From the NCBI GenBank assembly GCA_036267775.1, contig DATAVM010000090.1, positions 1,172 through 65,171 of the forward strand: DNA of 64,000 nucleotides, written 5' to 3'. Source of the stretch: Gemmatimonadales bacterium. GTDB taxonomy: Bacteria > Gemmatimonadota > Gemmatimonadetes > Gemmatimonadales > GWC2-71-9. How positions within the stretch are numbered: position 1 is the stretch's first letter; each line of letters begins with the position of its first letter. A program made the translations under genes and the position numbers. The notes beneath the pieces are model-generated. The model made no database searches. It was not told where the DNA came from and worked only from the letters and a program-made list of their open reading frames with translations. Of this stretch, positions 45,528 to 53,765 are shown in pieces.

Positions 45528-46709
45528 ATGGTCGATCTCCTGCTCGCCTACGACTTCCCGCCGATGGGCGGCGGTATTGCGCGCTGGATGGCGGCACTGG
45601 CGCTCGGCTACCCGCCCGGGATGCTCGTGGTTTCCACTGGGACGCTTGCCGGAGATGCCACCACCGACGTGGCGTTCCCCAACCGGATCGACCGGATCGC
45701 GGTGTCGTCGGAGCGGCTGCGCACCATTGGCGGATTGCTGCGCTGGTCGAGTCGCGCCACGCAACTCGCGCGGAGCGGGCCGGCGCGCTTTGTCTGGTGC
45801 GACAGCGTCAGGCCGGCCGGACATGTGGCACGCCGACTGCTCGCCAGCACGGATACGCCCTATGGCATCATCGTGCACGGCGGCGACCTTCTCACCCTCG
45901 AGCAGCGGATGCGATCGGGCGCGTTCAAGCGCCGGCAATTGCGTAGCGTGCTGCAGCACGCCGCAGTCTTTGTCGCCAATTCACACTGGACCGCCCAGCG
46001 CTGCCGGCAACTCTTTGACGCGGAAGGTGTGCCCGGGCTCGCGACACGAATCCGCATCGTCCGCCTGGGGACCGATCCCGCGCAGTGGCAGGCCACTCCT
46101 GATGCAGTCGCCGGCTTCCGCGTTCGCCATGGCCTGCCTCCCGGGCGCTGGATTGTCACAGTGGCGCGGCTGGTGGCCTACAAGGGCGTCGACACCGCAT
46201 TGCGTGTGGTGGCAGCACTTGCCGCTGAGATGCCGGACGTGCGCTACGCGGTGGTCGGGCAGGGCGAGCAGCTCGCCGAGTTGCAGGCGATGGCGGCGGC
46301 GTTGGGGATTGGCGATCGGGTCCACTGGCTCACCGACATCAGCGACGCGGAGTTGCCCGGCGCGTACGCGTTGGGCGAAGTCTATCTCGGCCTCACGCGC
46401 GAAACCGCCACCGATATCGAAGGTTTCGGCATCTCCTTTCTCGAGGCGGCCGCAAGCGGTCTTCCCGTGGTTGCGGCGGCGAGCGGCGGCATTCCCGACG
46501 CGGTGGCGGATGGTGTCACGGGTGTGCTGGTCGACCCGAACTCGCCGGCGGATGCTATTGCGGCAGTGCGGCAACTGCTCGGCGACAGCACCCGTGCACG
46601 CGCAATGGGCGCGGCGGGGCGCGAGCGGGTCACGCGGCAGTTCACCTGGGCGCGTGTGGTGGGGGAGATGCGCGCCATCGCAGGCGAGCTGGGGCGCTCG
46701 TCCGGGTAG
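45528..46709 (+). CDS. Glycosyltransferase family 4
   Basis: Track frame 44856..46709 trimmed to the ATG at 45528. MVDLLLAYDFPPMGGGIARW... and EGFGISFLEAAASGLPVVAAASGGIPDAV (E-x7-E). Confidence 0.85.
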   Translation: MVDLLLAYDFPPMGGGIARWMAALALGYPPGMLVVSTGTLAGDATTDVAFPNRIDRIAVSSERLRTIGGLLRWSSRATQLARSGPARFVWCDSVRPAGHVARRLLASTDTPYGIIVHGGDLLTLEQRMRSGAFKRRQLRSVLQHAAVFVANSHWTAQRCRQLFDAEGVPGLATRIRIVRLGTDPAQWQATPDAVAGFRVRHGLPPGRWIVTVARLVAYKGVDTALRVVAALAAEMPDVRYAVVGQGEQLAELQAMAAALGIGDRVHWLTDISDAELPGAYALGEVYLGLTRETATDIEGFGISFLEAAASGLPVVAAASGGIPDAVADGVTGVLVDPNSPADAIAAVRQLLGDSTRARAMGAAGRERVTRQFTWARVVGEMRAIAGELGRSSG

Positions 46710-46730
46710 CAAACAGATGTACTTTCCAGC

Positions 46731-47585
46731 ATGACCTCGCCGACATGGCGCGCCATCCGGGACCGGTGGCAGCGCGATTATTTCTTCCGATTCGGCACCG
46801 GTCTGGTGGCTCTTGTTGTGCTCGCGGCCATTTTTGCGCCACTGCTCACCTCGCATGATCCACTCCGCGGCGATCTCGCGCGCGATTCGCTGGCGCCGCC
46901 AGGTTCACATTTTCTGCTCGGCGCCGATGCGCAGGGGCGCGACGTGCTCGCGCGCGTCCTCTACGGTGCGCGCATTTCGCTGCTCGTGGGAATCGTCTCC
47001 CAGAGCGTTGCGGTGTCGCTCGGCCTGCTGCTCGGCCTCGTTGCCGGCTACTACCGCGGCTGGGTCGATCTCGTGGTGATGCGGCTGGCGGATGTGACGC
47101 TCGCGTTTCCGAGTCTGTTGCTTCTCATTGCGGTAGCGGCCGCAGTGCGGCCGTCGCTGCTGGTGATCTTTGTGGTGATCGGTGTCGTGGGATGGGCCGG
47201 CATGGCACGGCTGGTGCGCGCTCAGGTGCTGGTGATTGGCGGCAGCGGCTTTGTGCTTGCGGCGCGGGCGCTCGGGGCAACGGACCGGCGTATTGTGTGG
47301 CGGCATCTCGTTCCGAACGTGCGTGCCGCCGTGATCATCATCGCGATGCTCGGCGTGGCGGGCGCAATCATGGCGGAGGCGGCATTGTCGTTCGTGGGGT
47401 TGGGCGCGGCACCGCCCACGCCGAGCTGGGGCGCGATGGTGGCGGAAGGCCGCGACTTGTTGCGCGTGGCACCGTGGGTATCGGTGGCACCGGGACTGGC
47501 GATCGGCGTAGCGGTGCTTGGATTCAATCTGGTTGGCGACGGACTCCGTGAGGCGCTCGAGCCGGAGACGGGACGGCGGACGTGA
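46731..47585 (+). CDS. ABC transporter permease, peptide/nickel (DppC/OppC-like) family; orphan
   Basis: 284 aa. N-terminal LVALVVLAAIFAPLLTSHDP and LLGADAQGRDVLARVLYGARISL are typical DppC/OppC features. Permease signature LAARALGATDRRIVWRHLVPN. Confidence 0.85.
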   Translation: MTSPTWRAIRDRWQRDYFFRFGTGLVALVVLAAIFAPLLTSHDPLRGDLARDSLAPPGSHFLLGADAQGRDVLARVLYGARISLLVGIVSQSVAVSLGLLLGLVAGYYRGWVDLVVMRLADVTLAFPSLLLLIAVAAAVRPSLLVIFVVIGVVGWAGMARLVRAQVLVIGGSGFVLAARALGATDRRIVWRHLVPNVRAAVIIIAMLGVAGAIMAEAALSFVGLGAAPPTPSWGAMVAEGRDLLRVAPWVSVAPGLAIGVAVLGFNLVGDGLREALEPETGRRT

Positions 47586-48361
47586 TCAGCAAGTTGCGGC
47601 GGTGGTGGCGGTTCGGACACCCGTATCGCAAGCGGTTTGGACTGCTGCGCGGCCTGCGGATCACGAAGGCAATGGCCGACGCCAGGTACAAGCGGCCCGC
47701 AGGCGAACTGGTGCCGCTGCAGCCGTGGCCGGGAGAGCCACCGCTGTTGCTCCGTGCCGGTTCAGTCGACGTCGAGGTGTTCAATCAGGTCATTGTCGAT
47801 CAGGAACTCGCGCTCAAGCTCGATCCTCCACCCGCGACAATTCTGGATGCGGGCGCGAACATCGGGATAAGCGTGCGGACGTTTGCGCGCCAATGGCCAG
47901 CTGCACGGATTCTGGCGGTGGAATTCGAGCCCGGAAACGTGCGGATGCTGACGCGCAATTGCGCCCATCTGCCACAAGTGACGGTTGCGCCCGTGGCTCT
48001 CTGGTATGGATCGGAGTGGGTCCAGGTGGCCGATCCCGCGGCGGACGCACACTCGTTCTCGGTGATGGGTGCGACCCCCGAGCGGTCCGGCGCGGTGCGC
48101 GCCTATGGTGTGCGAGCGCTCATGGAGCAGCAGGGCTGGAGCACCATCGACCTCGTCAAGCTGGACATTGAAGGAGCCGAGCGCGAAGTGCTTGCGGCGA
48201 GCGCCGAATGGCTGCCGTACGTCCGGTATCTGGTGGTCGAGCTGCATGACCGGCTTGCGCCCGGCTGTTCGGCGGCACTGTCCGAAGCGCTTGACGCAGG
48301 CGAATGGGACGTCTCGACACAGGGTGAGTACGCGATCGCGACGCGGCGAGGCAGCCGGTGA
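47582..48361 (+). CDS. FkbM-family SAM-dependent methyltransferase, copy 2
   Basis: 259 aa. ILDAGANIGISVRTF, LVKLDIEGAEREVL. GTGA overlap with the permease. Confidence 0.8.
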   Translation: MISKLRRWWRFGHPYRKRFGLLRGLRITKAMADARYKRPAGELVPLQPWPGEPPLLLRAGSVDVEVFNQVIVDQELALKLDPPPATILDAGANIGISVRTFARQWPAARILAVEFEPGNVRMLTRNCAHLPQVTVAPVALWYGSEWVQVADPAADAHSFSVMGATPERSGAVRAYGVRALMEQQGWSTIDLVKLDIEGAEREVLAASAEWLPYVRYLVVELHDRLAPGCSAALSEALDAGEWDVSTQGEYAIATRRGSR

Positions 48362-49410
48362 GCGATCACCAGCCAGTGCACTATCTCCCCGGGCTCGACG
48401 GCTTGAGAACGCTGTCGATTGCACTGGTGCTCCTTTCGCACGTTCAGGGAACCGGTGCGCCGGCGCGGCCGGCCTGGTGGTGGCATGTCGGCGACACCGG
48501 AAACCTTGGGGTCCGGATCTTTTTTGTCATCTCGGGCTTTCTCATCACGCACTTGCTGCTGCGCGAGGAGCACAAGCGGCAGCGGATCTCCATTCCACAT
48601 TTCTACATCCGGCGGGCGTTCCGGATTCTGCCAGCGTTGTGGGGCATGCTCCTGGTCATGCTCGTCGCGCGCAGCGCCGGGGTGGTGTCGTTTCCCACAC
48701 TTCAGCTCGTCCAGGGCGCGTTCTTCACGGCGAACTATCCGCTGGCGCATGGTACACGATGGTTGCTTGGCCATCTCTGGTCGTTGTCCGTCGAAGAACA
48801 GTTCTACCTGCTGTGGCCTGCGCTGTTGGCGTTCGCACCAAAGTCGTGGCGAGTACGGGTGCTGGTGATCGCCGTTGCTGCGGCTCCGCTGCTGCGTCTC
48901 GCCGAGCTCTTGCTGGCGGCGCATCATGGGATGCCGGTGACGGATAGTCCGCCGAACGGATTTTTCTCCTCGATGGACGCCCTTGCCATGGGCTGCCTGC
49001 TTGCGGTCTTCCGGACGGGAGGGACAGTCCCCGCCTGGTATCAACGCTTGACGGCTCGCTGGTGGGTGGCTGGATTGCCGGTGCTGTTGATCCTGCTCAA
49101 CGGCCTGACCATGAACCCATGGATTTTTCTCGTGGGTGTACTCCCCGCGATGAATCTCACCGCCGCTGTCCTGATCGACGTGGCGAGCCGCGGACTGCTC
49201 ACCGGATGGCAGCGCCTGCTCGATCTGTCGCCGGTACGGTGGGTCGGGAGGCTGAGTTACTCGTTATACCTGTGGCAGCAGCCGTTCCTCGATCGAGAAT
49301 CGCACGAGTGGTTCGCGCGCTATCCAATCAATCTTGTCGGTGCGTGCCTGGCAGCGGCTCTGTCCTACTACCTGATTGAACGCCCGGCGCTCAGCCGGCG
49401 ACCCGTGTGA
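48358..49410 (+). CDS. Acyltransferase family 3 (membrane O-acyltransferase)
   Basis: 350 aa, about 10 TM helices. N-terminal YLPGLDGLRTLSIALVLLSH and HLWSLSVEEQFYLLWP are acyltransferase-3 signatures. Confidence 0.85.
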   Translation: MSDHQPVHYLPGLDGLRTLSIALVLLSHVQGTGAPARPAWWWHVGDTGNLGVRIFFVISGFLITHLLLREEHKRQRISIPHFYIRRAFRILPALWGMLLVMLVARSAGVVSFPTLQLVQGAFFTANYPLAHGTRWLLGHLWSLSVEEQFYLLWPALLAFAPKSWRVRVLVIAVAAAPLLRLAELLLAAHHGMPVTDSPPNGFFSSMDALAMGCLLAVFRTGGTVPAWYQRLTARWWVAGLPVLLILLNGLTMNPWIFLVGVLPAMNLTAAVLIDVASRGLLTGWQRLLDLSPVRWVGRLSYSLYLWQQPFLDRESHEWFARYPINLVGACLAAALSYYLIERPALSRRPV

Positions 49411-49416
49411 GGATTC

Positions 49417-50562
49417 GTGAACGACTTCGCTGATCTGCGCCGCGCGGAATTCGGCGCACTCGAAGGCGGCGGTGTGTATCTCAACAGTGCGAGCATCGGC
49501 CCGGTGCCGTCGCGTGCGCTGGCGGTGCTCGCGGCATGCAATCGCGATCGCGGCAGGCCGGGGATGTGGCCGATCGAGCGCATCAACGCGATTCTCACCG
49601 AGGCGCGCTGGCTCGCTGGCCGTCTGGTCAACGCGACCGAGCACGAGATCGCGCTGATGCCCAATACGACAACGGGACTCAACATCGCGGCGCGTGCACT
49701 GCCGCTCCGTGCCGGCGACATTGTCGTCACGTTCGACGGCGAGTTTCCGGCCAACGTCTATCCCTGGCTCCGATTGGCCGAGAACGGCGTCACACTTGAA
49801 CGGATCCCGCGCACGGCAGAAGGGTGGCCCGACGAGGCGGCGATGCACCGGCGGATCGAAGATCCACGTGTCAAAGCCGTGACCGTGTCGCTCACACAAT
49901 TCAGCAACGGCTACACGATCGATCTGGCGCGCTTGTCGTCGCTCACGCGGGCCGCGGGCAAGTGGCTCGTCGTGGACGCCATTCAGGGCGCCGGTCACGT
50001 GTCGATCGACGTGCAGGCCACGCCGGTCGACTTTCTCGCGTGTGGCGCACAGAAATGGTTGCTGTCGCCATGGGGAACGGGATTTCTCTATGTGCGAAAG
50101 GAACTGTGTGCTACGCTCGAACCTACGTTCGCGGGCTGGGCAGCCTACGCGGCAAGCGCGGACTACTCGAGCCTCACTTCATACGATCAGCAATTCTGGC
50201 CTGATGCGCGACGCTTTGAATTGTTGAGCCACGCCATTCAGGACTTCGCGGCCTTCAACGCCTCACTGGGCCTCATTCTCGGACTCGGTGTTGAGCGAAT
50301 CGCCACGCACACGCGGGCATTGCATGCGCCGCTGCTGGAGTGGGCGCGCACGTCGGGCGCCACGGTGACATCGCCTGGCGGCGCGGCCGGCAGTGCGATC
50401 CTGTGCATCCGGCCCGCCGAAGACGCCGCGGCCGTGTACGCCCGCATCCAGAGCGCCGGAGTCCTGTGCTCGCTTCGCGAGGGCTCGTTGCGTTTCTCGC
50501 CGCATCTGTTCAATGGCATCGACGAAATGCAGCAGGTAGTAGAGATTCTCAGTCGCGCGTGA
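49417..50562 (+). CDS. Aminotransferase class V-fold PLP-dependent enzyme
   Basis: 381 aa. VYLNSASIGPVP, MPNTTTGLN, VVDAIQGAG, and the candidate PLP lysine in CGAQKWLLSPWGTGFLY. Confidence 0.8.
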   Translation: MNDFADLRRAEFGALEGGGVYLNSASIGPVPSRALAVLAACNRDRGRPGMWPIERINAILTEARWLAGRLVNATEHEIALMPNTTTGLNIAARALPLRAGDIVVTFDGEFPANVYPWLRLAENGVTLERIPRTAEGWPDEAAMHRRIEDPRVKAVTVSLTQFSNGYTIDLARLSSLTRAAGKWLVVDAIQGAGHVSIDVQATPVDFLACGAQKWLLSPWGTGFLYVRKELCATLEPTFAGWAAYAASADYSSLTSYDQQFWPDARRFELLSHAIQDFAAFNASLGLILGLGVERIATHTRALHAPLLEWARTSGATVTSPGGAAGSAILCIRPAEDAAAVYARIQSAGVLCSLREGSLRFSPHLFNGIDEMQQVVEILSRA

Positions 50563-50573
50563 CCGCGGCTGGG

Positions 50574-51539
50574 TCAGCGACCCTTCCGCAACTCGGCCCA
50601 CGCCAGCCCGATCGCTTGGCGGCCTTCGGCAAACCCGACCGCGAACCAGACGATGCGCGCCAGGAGCCACATATCGCGGAACGCGTCGGCGACGCGTCCC
50701 TGTCGGAACGCCACCCGGACATGCCACGCGACCTCGGCACCAAACGTCCGCGCGAGATAGTTCGCCAGCTGCGGCGCGTAATTGGCCCGCTCAACGGGCG
50801 TGAACGACGCGAGGTAGTGGTCGGCGAGCCCCATGCTGAGCCGTGCGACCGTGCTGGATCGGGACATGTTGGCCGGGTGCACGCGGTATTCCAGCGCCAT
50901 CACGCGTGGGAGCAGGATCGGTCCGCGGCGCGCGAGCTTCAACCAGAGATCCCAGTCTTCGATCAGCGGTGTGGTCTCCTCGAAGCCGCCGACCGCATCG
51001 AAGGCCGATCGCCGGACGAGGACTGCGCCTGTGAAAAAGGGATTGCCCGCGATCACCGCGTCGAATCCGCCCGTGGCGATCGGTGGCCACTCCGCGTCGC
51101 CCAGGTGATTGTTGCGCACAAAGAATCGCCGTCCGCCACCGGCCGCCGCGACCGCAGCGGGCGCCGCGATCAGCGCATCGGCCAACCCACGCAACGCCCC
51201 GGGAAGCAGGCAGTCGTCGTCGTCGAGAAAGAGCACAAAGTCGGTCTCGATCTCGCGTGCGCCGCGATTGCGCGCGCGAGACGGGCCGCCGTGATCTTCC
51301 TGCAGCAGACGCATCGCGCCGCTGTGGGCCAGCGCCTGGACTGTCTCATGCGCGGGCTGGTGGCCGCCGTCGTCCACGATGATCACCTGATCTGGCGGCG
51401 GATGCTGTGCAAGCACCGATTGTACGGCCAGGAGAAGAAGGTCGGGACGGTTGAAGGTGGGAATCACGACGCCGACGGTCGCCGTCGCTCGCGGAGCACC
51501 CGTGTGCGGCTCTGTCACCGGTCCGGTTGCCGCGTGCAT
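50574..51539 (-). CDS. Glycosyltransferase family 2
   Basis: 321 aa. VGVVIPTFNRPDLLLLAVQSVLAQ, IIVDDGG, FLDDDD (the DxD motif). Confidence 0.85.
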   Translation of the reverse strand: MHAATGPVTEPHTGAPRATATVGVVIPTFNRPDLLLLAVQSVLAQHPPPDQVIIVDDGGHQPAHETVQALAHSGAMRLLQEDHGGPSRARNRGAREIETDFVLFLDDDDCLLPGALRGLADALIAAPAAVAAAGGGRRFFVRNNHLGDAEWPPIATGGFDAVIAGNPFFTGAVLVRRSAFDAVGGFEETTPLIEDWDLWLKLARRGPILLPRVMALEYRVHPANMSRSSTVARLSMGLADHYLASFTPVERANYAPQLANYLARTFGAEVAWHVRVAFRQGRVADAFRDMWLLARIVWFAVGFAEGRQAIGLAWAELRKGR

Positions 51540-52726
51540 CAGGCGTCGCGTCGAGCGTTCAGCTGATGTGTCCCGATCAACTCGACGCGATCTTCGACCT
51601 GCACCATCAACGACGGCCCTGCCGCGGCGCGTCGCATGGCCACGACGTCCCAGGTCATCGCCTCAAAGCGGTACAGCCCCGCCGGCAGATTCATCTGGAC
51701 GACGATCGTGTCGCTGCGATCGCCAGGGCCCGTGGGGTGCAGGTCGAGCTTGGCGAGATGAATCTGATAGACGCGACGGTTCGTTGCGACGTCGTACACG
51801 TTGACTTCGAGTTTGTAGGTGTCGTCGGGCACGCTGCGAAGCGCATGTGTGCCGATGCGGAGACGGAGCGATTCGCCCGACAGCACCGGCACGGGTGAAA
51901 GTGCCTCCAGTCCGGTGAATCGTATCGGCACATCCGAATGTGCTCCGGTCAGCGCACCGTCTTCGCTCTGTTCGCCCCGAAGGTAGAGCCCGACCGCTTC
52001 GGCCGACGGTCCGGCGAAGACCTGCGCGCCGTGACTCAGCAGGATCGTCGAGGTGCACAGCTCGACGATGCGGTCGAGCTGATGGGAGACAATGACCACG
52101 GGAATGTCGCTGCGCACGATCGACCGGATCCGTTCAAACGCGCGATTCTGGAACGACGCGTCGCCCACGGACAGCACTTCGTCGATGATCAGCGCTTCCG
52201 GCTCCAGGTGCACCGCGATGGAAAAGCCCAACCGGGCGTTCATGCCGCTCGAGTAGCGCTTGACTGGTGTGTCGATCGACTCGCTGACACCGGAGAAGTC
52301 GACGATCTCGTCGAACCGTTCTCGGATCAGGCGCTGCGGCATTCCCATGATCGCGCCTTGCAGGAAGACATTCTCCCGGCCGGTGAGATCGGGATGAAAA
52401 CCCGCCGACACCTCGATCAGCGAACCGACGCGACCCTCGACGAGTGCAAACCCGCGCGTTGGCTGGAGAATGCGCGTGAGCAGCTTGAGTGTCGTGGACT
52501 TGCCGGCGCCGTTGCCGCCAATGATGCCCAGCGCCTGTCCCGGCGTGACCTCGAACGACAGGTCACGCACCGCCCAGAAGTCGCCGCTGCCGAGTGTCTC
52601 CTCGGCCCCGCCGCCCGGCCGCGCCCGGCGCACAAGTGCGGGAAGCAGATCGCGCAACGAATCGTGGGCTGGCCCGCGATGAAAGCGCTTCCAGACATGG
52701 TCAAAGACGATGCGGCCGCCCGGCAT
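51539..52726 (-). CDS. wzt: Polysaccharide ABC exporter ATP-binding protein (Wzt/TagH type) with a ~150-aa C-terminal extension
   Basis: Track frame 51539..53446 trimmed to the ATG at 52724-52726. Walker A GGNGAGKST, signature YSSGMNARLGFS, Walker B LIIDEVLSVGD. Residues ~250-395 form a separate beta-rich tail. ATGA overlaps at both ends. Confidence 0.85.
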   Translation of the reverse strand: MPGGRIVFDHVWKRFHRGPAHDSLRDLLPALVRRARPGGGAEETLGSGDFWAVRDLSFEVTPGQALGIIGGNGAGKSTTLKLLTRILQPTRGFALVEGRVGSLIEVSAGFHPDLTGRENVFLQGAIMGMPQRLIRERFDEIVDFSGVSESIDTPVKRYSSGMNARLGFSIAVHLEPEALIIDEVLSVGDASFQNRAFERIRSIVRSDIPVVIVSHQLDRIVELCTSTILLSHGAQVFAGPSAEAVGLYLRGEQSEDGALTGAHSDVPIRFTGLEALSPVPVLSGESLRLRIGTHALRSVPDDTYKLEVNVYDVATNRRVYQIHLAKLDLHPTGPGDRSDTIVVQMNLPAGLYRFEAMTWDVVAMRRAAAGPSLMVQVEDRVELIGTHQLNARRDA

Positions 52727-53595
52727 CAGTAATACTCCGCGAACATCGATGCGGTGCGCCGGAACGCCGAGATGCCGATCACGAAAATCGCGGCGGCAAA
52801 GATCATGGAATAGACAAGATGCCACGGCGTCCAGACCGGCACACCGTGCGCATTGTAGATCGTGTGCCCGATCGAGCCACCCGAGACGAGCGTGAGACGC
52901 ATTCCTTCCAAAATCGGTCCCAGCGGGTTGAGCATCAGCAGACGTCCGGTCAGCCGCGGCGCCATCGCCGGTTCGACAAAAACCGGCGTCAGGAGCACGC
53001 CGAAGGTGAGCAGCACCTGGAGGATGTACTTGACGTCGCGGAAAAAGAGATTGGCGCACGCGAAGAGGAAGGCGAGGCCGGTCGTGAACACAGCGAGCAC
53101 CAGAATCAACAGCGGCATCCACAGCAGTTGGACGGACCAGTGAAATCCGAGCCAGGGACCCGCCAGGAGAATCAACGCGAGGCTCAGTAGCGAATCGACC
53201 CCTTGCGTCGCAATCGCCGCGGCAGGCAGCACCTCGCGGGGAAAGTAGATCTTGGTGACCAGCGAGATGTTGCCCAGAAGGGAGGTTGTGCCGAAATTCA
53301 TCCCGCCGGCGAAAAAGGCCCACGCCCAGGACTTGATGGTGATCCCGCCAATGCTCGGCACGTCCTCGCCGCTCGCCCCCTGAGCCATCACGGAGCGAAT
53401 GACAAGGCCGGCGCCGATGGTGAGCGCCGGCATGAGGATGGCCCACGCGAATCCCATTACCGCCTGGCGATATCGCAACCGGAGGTCACGCTTGATGAGC
53501 TGGCCCAGCAGTTCGTGCGCGTTGAACATCTCGCGCAGCACACCGGGGCGAGGCCGGTCTCGCGGGAGAGCGGGTTCCGCGTGGCTCACGCTCAT
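52726..53595 (-). CDS. wzm: Polysaccharide ABC exporter permease (ABC-2 type, Wzm)
   Basis: Track ORF 52726..53643; the ATG at 53593-53595 is preferred. LIKRDLRLRYRQAVMGFAWAILMP is the canonical ABC-2 N-terminal motif. Six TM helices. Confidence 0.8.
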   Translation of the reverse strand: MSVSHAEPALPRDRPRPGVLREMFNAHELLGQLIKRDLRLRYRQAVMGFAWAILMPALTIGAGLVIRSVMAQGASGEDVPSIGGITIKSWAWAFFAGGMNFGTTSLLGNISLVTKIYFPREVLPAAAIATQGVDSLLSLALILLAGPWLGFHWSVQLLWMPLLILVLAVFTTGLAFLFACANLFFRDVKYILQVLLTFGVLLTPVFVEPAMAPRLTGRLLMLNPLGPILEGMRLTLVSGGSIGHTIYNAHGVPVWTPWHLVYSMIFAAAIFVIGISAFRRTASMFAEYY

Positions 53596-53765
53596 CGGGT
53601 CTTCCGGTCGAGCCGATCGTTTTGCACGCACCCTCCGGGGCATTCAGCAGTGTCCGGCCACCATTCCATCCCACGTTTAGCAATACCGATGCCAGCGTGG
53701 TCGCGTCAACAACATCGCCGGTCACCGCGCGTATCGCATCCCCGATCCCCCGAAATGAGCCCTGC

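Noticed and set aside
51539-53446. The track shows a 635-aa ORF. Several other track ORFs are similarly long (3018..4139, 3583..5238, 22580..23659, 23137..24249, 31391..32977, 34234..35106, 44856..46709).
   Set aside because: The N-terminal portions are open-frame run-through into the upstream gene, which is clearly coded in another frame. I trimmed each ORF to the start codon that matches the family N-terminus, and each chosen start usually forms an ATGA/GTGA overlap.
53622-53765. Upstream ATG (53622) as the start of the GT4 gene
   Set aside because: It would add about 48 residues of Pro/Ser-rich sequence overlapping the wzm 5' end. GT4 enzymes normally begin a few residues before the first beta-strand (RVAVYCDD), so the GTG at 53766 is preferred. 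The choice remains uncertain.
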